Below are positions 60,107-64,000 of a stretch of DNA of 64,000 nt, one piece after another; the stretch's first letter is position 1, and every line of letters begins with the position of its first letter. The DNA lies in the NCBI GenBank assembly GCA_945863115.1, contig CAMAYZ010000004.1, forward strand, positions 30,171-94,170, read 5' to 3'. Under the pieces are notes generated by a model. The model searched no databases, was not told the DNA's origin, and worked only from the letters and a program-made list of their open reading frames with translations. A program made the translations under genes and the position numbers. Source of the DNA: Bifidobacterium breve (GTDB lineage: Bacteria; Actinomycetota; Actinomycetes; Nanopelagicales; Nanopelagicaceae).

Positions 60107-60773
60107 GGCTTCGAGCGCTCTTTGGGAAGTTAGTGATCATGCCATCAACTTTGAGTGCTTTACAGCTTTCGAATTCACTATCTTCATTAACCGTCCAGAC
60201 GAGTATTCGGCTTCCTCTATCCTGCAATTTCTTTACTAAAGATGGATACCTAGTAACGAGTCCAATATTTAAGGCTAGAACTTTTCGCTTGGAAAGCCTT
60301 GCTGATAAGTAGTATTTGGTAACTTTACAAAAGTTCCATTTGGATTTAACTCTTCCGATAGCAAAACTTGAGAAGGACATGACTATTACTTCAATTCCGG
60401 CATCACTAATGTGAGTAGATTTCGTTTTTAATAATTCCAAGACCTTCTGTTCGATTCGTCCGCCAAAGATATTTGGGTGTTTTGTTTCAATAAGTAAATC
60501 CTTTTTGGCAGAAATTGCTAACTCCAATAATTCATTCAAGGTCATTAATTCACAGACACTTCGGAGCTCTTTGAGACTACTTCTAGAGACCCTTAACTTC
60601 TTTCCCGCTATTCGTTTGGTTGTTGCGTCGTGAAAACAGACAATCTCGCCATCCTTTGAAAGACGGACATCGCACTCAAAACCATCTGCACCTTCTTCAA
60701 TCGCAACCTGGTATGCCAATCTCGTCATTTCAGGATTGTTTCCTGAAGCGCCACGATGTGCGTAGATTTTCAT
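60099..60773 (-). CDS. glycerophosphodiester phosphodiesterase
   Basis: GDPD motifs (IYAHRGASG, GFECDVRLSKDGEIVCFHD). No signal peptide. Confidence 0.85.
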   Translation of the reverse strand: MKIYAHRGASGNNPEMTRLAYQVAIEEGADGFECDVRLSKDGEIVCFHDATTKRIAGKKLRVSRSSLKELRSVCELMTLNELLELAISAKKDLLIETKHPNIFGGRIEQKVLELLKTKSTHISDAGIEVIVMSFSSFAIGRVKSKWNFCKVTKYYLSARLSKRKVLALNIGLVTRYPSLVKKLQDRGSRILVWTVNEDSEFESCKALKVDGMITNFPKSARSHG

Positions 60774-61522
60774 TTGCCGATTATGAAGAGGAATGAGTTG
60801 ACCAAGCCAAATTTCTTAGAAGGTGGTTTAGCAAGAAATAGGGTGCGCATAACTGGAGCCCAGATTCCAAATACCCTAGAAAATACTCTCGCTCTTGCAC
60901 TTCTATCTACAGCAGAATTTCTCAAACTCCCAGAACTTTCAGTTGGGTGCGCTGCAATTACGATTGGTTCGAACCTACCCTTAAGTCCGGATCGAATTGC
61001 GTCTGCAATAAAAATATATTCATCCCCTAAATAATTTGCTGCACCGGCACCAAAGTTTTCATCAAACTTAATCCCAGCGGATTTGATATCCGAAACTCTG
61101 ATCATCATTTCGTAGGTTGCGGCCTTAGCAGAATTAGTTAATTTCAATGAGTGTGATTTTGCTGGATAGCTCTTTCGCAACTTCCCAGTTTCATCCACGG
61201 CCTGCATCAGAAGAATTGAAATTTGCAGATTATGGTTTAAAAACTCAACGGCTGCTGAAATGCCAGATTGTTTAAACTCAATATCGTCATCTCCAAAGAG
61301 TAGATACTCGGTTTTAGTATTCGATATTGCAGCATTTCGGCTCTTTGCCACACCTCTACTCTGTAACTCCAGCACATCAACGTCACTCGCAAAAGTTGGG
61401 GTAGTCGTGCCTTCAGGATTCTGAACTATCACAAGGTTATTTACTGAAGTTAAAAACTTAATATTTTTCGCCCGGTCAGCTAAGGTTGAATAGCCAATTG
61501 TTAAAGGCAAAGAGCTACTCAC
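60770..61522 (-). CDS. family 2 glycosyltransferase
   Basis: 250-aa GT-A fold with a DxD-like acidic motif (LLFGDDDIEF). Operon-coupled on both sides. Confidence 0.75.
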   Translation of the reverse strand: MSSSLPLTIGYSTLADRAKNIKFLTSVNNLVIVQNPEGTTTPTFASDVDVLELQSRGVAKSRNAAISNTKTEYLLFGDDDIEFKQSGISAAVEFLNHNLQISILLMQAVDETGKLRKSYPAKSHSLKLTNSAKAATYEMMIRVSDIKSAGIKFDENFGAGAANYLGDEYIFIADAIRSGLKGRFEPIVIAAHPTESSGSLRNSAVDRSARARVFSRVFGIWAPVMRTLFLAKPPSKKFGLVNSFLFIIGK

Positions 61523-62285
61523 TGTGTGTGCGTGCCCTTGCGAATCTCATTAAACCATTAGAAATATTCGAAAGACTTGAACTCTGCATCCGTAGTCCAA
61601 AGAAAAGCACAACAGTATTTGATGGGCTAATTTCTCCGGTAAAACTTAGAGCAATTAAAGCTCCGAAGAGAATTAACATGGCTAGACCAGAGATCAAGGT
61701 TCCAGTTTCGCCAGAGCGAATTCTGGTTCCAATCTTGATTGAATTTGGAATATGTTCTTTGCGAACCCGTGCCTTCACAAAACCACGTTGTGACTTTAAT
61801 TGTTTGCGAAATATTCGTCCAAAGATTTGTAAGATCACTAAAACTATAACAATATTTAGTAAGCCAAACTTCCAATTTAGAAAAGTGAAGAAAATAATAA
61901 TGACACCCATTTGGGTGAAAATACTTAGCAATGAAGTTAACTCAAAGGCAAGTGACCAGCGCCAATTCTCTTTAGCCCGATTTAGCTGCTCATCTGAAGC
62001 TTTGAATGCCCGGTCAAAAACATTGATTCTATAGATCCTTTGAAAATAATGACCTGCTCTAGTTCCACCAAAGAATATAAAGAATCCAGTCACATACAAA
62101 ATTATTTGATTTCTGGTTAATTCACCTTCGTGCAAAATTATCTGCGTAAACAATTTAGCAACTGCTAATTCCGATACCGAAATAAATGCTGCAGTTAGAA
62201 CTAGGACAATTAAAATTATGCGAAACTTCGTATTCGGAAAAAGTTGCAACGTAGATGATTTAAGTTGTCCTAATATCGGTCGCAC
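61515..62285 (-). CDS. polytopic membrane protein resembling an ABC-exporter transmembrane domain (no ATPase domain)
   Basis: 256 aa with long TM helices and basic loops laid out like type I ABC exporter TMDs. Same strand and coupling as its neighbours, so preferred over the antisense 182-aa ORF. Confidence 0.55.
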   Translation of the reverse strand: MRPILGQLKSSTLQLFPNTKFRIILIVLVLTAAFISVSELAVAKLFTQIILHEGELTRNQIILYVTGFFIFFGGTRAGHYFQRIYRINVFDRAFKASDEQLNRAKENWRWSLAFELTSLLSIFTQMGVIIIFFTFLNWKFGLLNIVIVLVILQIFGRIFRKQLKSQRGFVKARVRKEHIPNSIKIGTRIRSGETGTLISGLAMLILFGALIALSFTGEISPSNTVVLFFGLRMQSSSLSNISNGLMRFARARTHSE

Positions 62286-62288
62286 GAG

Positions 62289-63071
62289 TTAATTATTCCT
62301 TAGTTTTGCTGAAGACACGATAGCTGCGATATGACCAACCGTCACAAATAGTGAGATTCCGAGCGCAATCTCCAAGGATTCATTAAATGTTCCGAATATC
62401 GCGACATAAATCGTGAACTCGACCGAATGAAACATCCGCTGTGCTGGAATGAAGTTGAATAATTTTCGAAGCTTCCGAAGAATCCCTTTAACCGGCATAT
62501 TGATTCCAGTTTTATCCTGAATCTTTGGAAGTCCAGAGAAGGCTCGGGCTACATGGACCGCGTCGTTAAATCCTTTATTTACGATGACTAAAATTGCTAA
62601 GAGCGCCCCAAGAAAAGGGAAAATTGATCCGGTAATTGGTTCATTTGGCCAATTCGCAAGGCGTAAACCAAAACAAATTGGTATCAGCCCTTCGGCTAAA
62701 TAATGTCCGAGTTTGTCTAAGAAAATTCCCATTGGTGATTTAGTCTCGCGCCATCTCGCAACTTCGCCATCACAGCAATCAATCAGCATTTGCAGTTGGC
62801 TTAGAAATAGCGCAATAGCTATTCCTTGCCATCCTTGAATGAGAAGTGCAGGACCAATTGAAGCACCGACAATAATCATTAGCCAGGTGACACCATTTGC
62901 AGTAATTGGAGTCATTAAGAAAATTCTTGTTAGATAAGGAGAAATTCTTCTCTGATAAAGATCAGCAACCCAGTGTTCGGATGTTGATCTTCCAGTAACT
63001 GATGGTGGTTGTGAGACCTCGCGAATCTGAGCAATTGTAGGTCTAGTTGGTCTAGTTGGTCTGGTTGTCAT
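62289..63071 (-). CDS. CDP-alcohol phosphatidyltransferase family protein (variant signature motif)
   Basis: The motif DCCDGEVARWRETKSPMGIFLDKLGH fits D-x2-DG-x2-AR-x8-G-x3-D-x3-[D], but the last Asp is replaced by His. N-terminal (TRP)x3 repeat. Confidence 0.8.
   Translation of the reverse strand: MTTRPTRPTRPTIAQIREVSQPPSVTGRSTSEHWVADLYQRRISPYLTRIFLMTPITANGVTWLMIIVGASIGPALLIQGWQGIAIALFLSQLQMLIDCCDGEVARWRETKSPMGIFLDKLGHYLAEGLIPICFGLRLANWPNEPITGSIFPFLGALLAILVIVNKGFNDAVHVARAFSGLPKIQDKTGINMPVKGILRKLRKLFNFIPAQRMFHSVEFTIYVAIFGTFNESLEIALGISLFVTVGHIAAIVSSAKLRNN
63040..63066 (-). repeat. in-frame 9-nt tandem repeat x3 encoding (Thr-Arg-Pro)3
   Basis: Plus strand reads GGTCTAGTT GGTCTAGTT GGTCTGGTT, at codons 2-10 of the 260-aa CDP-alcohol phosphatidyltransferase. 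Confidence 0.8.
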
Positions 63072-63074
63072 TAG

Positions 63075-64000
63075 TTAGCCAACCTTTTCGTTGCGACTGA
63101 GAACCCACTGAACTGAGGAAACAATGAAGAATAGAGCGCAGAAGTAATAAACCAGAATTGTTAGTGACCAGCCCAGCCAAATCCAAAGCGCAATAATCAA
63201 AAGTCGACCAAATATAAAACCACCTGCGATGGCGAGCCAGGCCGGTTTTCTCTCACCTTGAAGTGCCCGATACATATTGTCATAGTGGTTAAAGAGAATT
63301 GCGAGCAACAATAAAAAGATTGCTGATTTATCCAAATCTGAAATAACCGCAATTTCAATCAGAATTGCGCCCTCTAATAGGCGAAGGAGTGAGGGTGTAA
63401 GCCAGTCAAAGCGATTGGTTGAGTCCTTATTTATAAATGAGTCAATTTGATCATCGATTAAATTCTTGTTCACTCTAGCTTTTGGCCAAGTTAGGGTTTT
63501 TGTAAATCTACCCCGGAAAACAAGCGCGATTGAGATAATTGAAAGTATTGGCATTACCAAGAAAGTAAATTTAGCGCCGCCAATGACTGAGGAAGCGCTA
63601 ATTACAAGCCAGCGCTCTCCGATTGGGAATTGCAGGGCTTTTTTCGCCCAGTATTCCAAGCGACTTTTCTTTTCTCGCTCTGTTGAAACATAACCATCAT
63701 TTTTTAAATCAAAAGATAATGGTTCTAGGTGTGAGCTCCTGATTTTAATTATTCGTGCAAAGTTATAGTCAGATAAATGTCTGAAAGTTTGAAACAGCAT
63801 CATTCCCATCGCAGGGATCCAAAGGTCTTCGCCATTTTTTGCCGCGCCATATGCCAGTGCAAAGAAAACTAAATATTCTTTAATTCGATCGGTGATTGCA
63901 TCAAGCCAGGCGCCTAATTGTGAAAATTGACGCGTGTATCTAGCGAGTTCGCCATCAACGCAATCGATAATAATGCTGAGTTGAAGTAAGACTGCTCCTG
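63075..64000 (-). CDS. CDP-alcohol phosphatidyltransferase fused to a C-terminal polytopic membrane domain (5' end outside window)
   Basis: My translation of the frame upstream of the track start (63809) stays open to position 64000. It encodes the canonical motif DCVDGELARYTRQFSQLGAWLDAITD. The track ORF is therefore only the C-terminal part of a longer gene. Confidence 0.75.
   Translation of the reverse strand, partial: GAVLLQLSIIIDCVDGELARYTRQFSQLGAWLDAITDRIKEYLVFFALAYGAAKNGEDLWIPAMGMMLFQTFRHLSDYNFARIIKIRSSHLEPLSFDLKNDGYVSTEREKKSRLEYWAKKALQFPIGERWLVISASSVIGGAKFTFLVMPILSIISIALVFRGRFTKTLTWPKARVNKNLIDDQIDSFINKDSTNRFDWLTPSLLRLLEGAILIEIAVISDLDKSAIFLLLLAILFNHYDNMYRALQGERKPAWLAIAGGFIFGRLLIIALWIWLGWSLTILVYYFCALFFIVSSVQWVLSRNEKVG

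Noticed and set aside
61486-62034. 182-aa plus-strand ORF competing with the 256-aa minus-strand membrane protein
   Set aside because: The minus-strand ORF is co-oriented and start/stop-coupled with both neighbours and has coherent TM helices. The plus-strand ORF is basic, low-complexity and has no start context.

Overview
This 64-kb window is almost entirely coding. By my gene calls only about 1.4 kb is intergenic. I call 67 protein genes and find no rRNA, tRNA, CRISPR array, transposase, integrase or recognisable defence system. Most of the window is conserved actinobacterial core. It holds nuoA-D, a near-complete menaquinone block (menG, menF, menD, menC, menB, menE, menA), System II cytochrome c biogenesis (resA-like, ccdA, resB, ccsA), an XPB helicase operon, and proC. 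It also holds the block radA / clpC-lysS-coaX-(nadC-nadB)-panC-folK-folB-folP-folE-ftsH-hpt-tilS, then metZ, ctaB, dacB and guaB1. This gene order, the low GC (judged by eye), the extreme compaction and an actinorhodopsin suggest a streamlined freshwater actinobacterium of the acI/Nanopelagicales or Luna type. That assignment is inference only.

Four regions look accessory or more interesting:
- A retinal/rhodopsin locus at 26.5-29.5 kb, with blh, crtYc/crtYd, a 78-aa membrane ORF, a DTE-motif xanthorhodopsin-type pump, the only clear intrinsic terminator, and the longest intergenic region.
- A convergent pair of secreted repeat proteins at 21.5-24.8 kb.
- The XPB operon, with a large uncharacterised partner protein and an inserted M20 peptidase.
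- A tightly coupled cell-envelope operon at 59.4-64 kb containing two CDP-alcohol phosphatidyltransferase paralogues. One carries a D4->H change in the signature motif. The other runs off the window and is truncated in the ORF track.

Two window-wide patterns stand out. At 13 transcription-unit starts, a TANNNT hexamer sits 6-7 nt upstream of the start codon, which suggests leaderless mRNAs. All 12 convergent gene junctions have 14 nt of spacer or less, and half of them overlap.

I see no unambiguous novel system. The envelope operon, the XPB module and the rhodopsin-associated elements are my best candidates for follow-up.

The ORF track prints GTG/TTG starts as M, and several of its ORFs are N-terminally over-extended. 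I adjusted those starts and note each change in the feature evidence.
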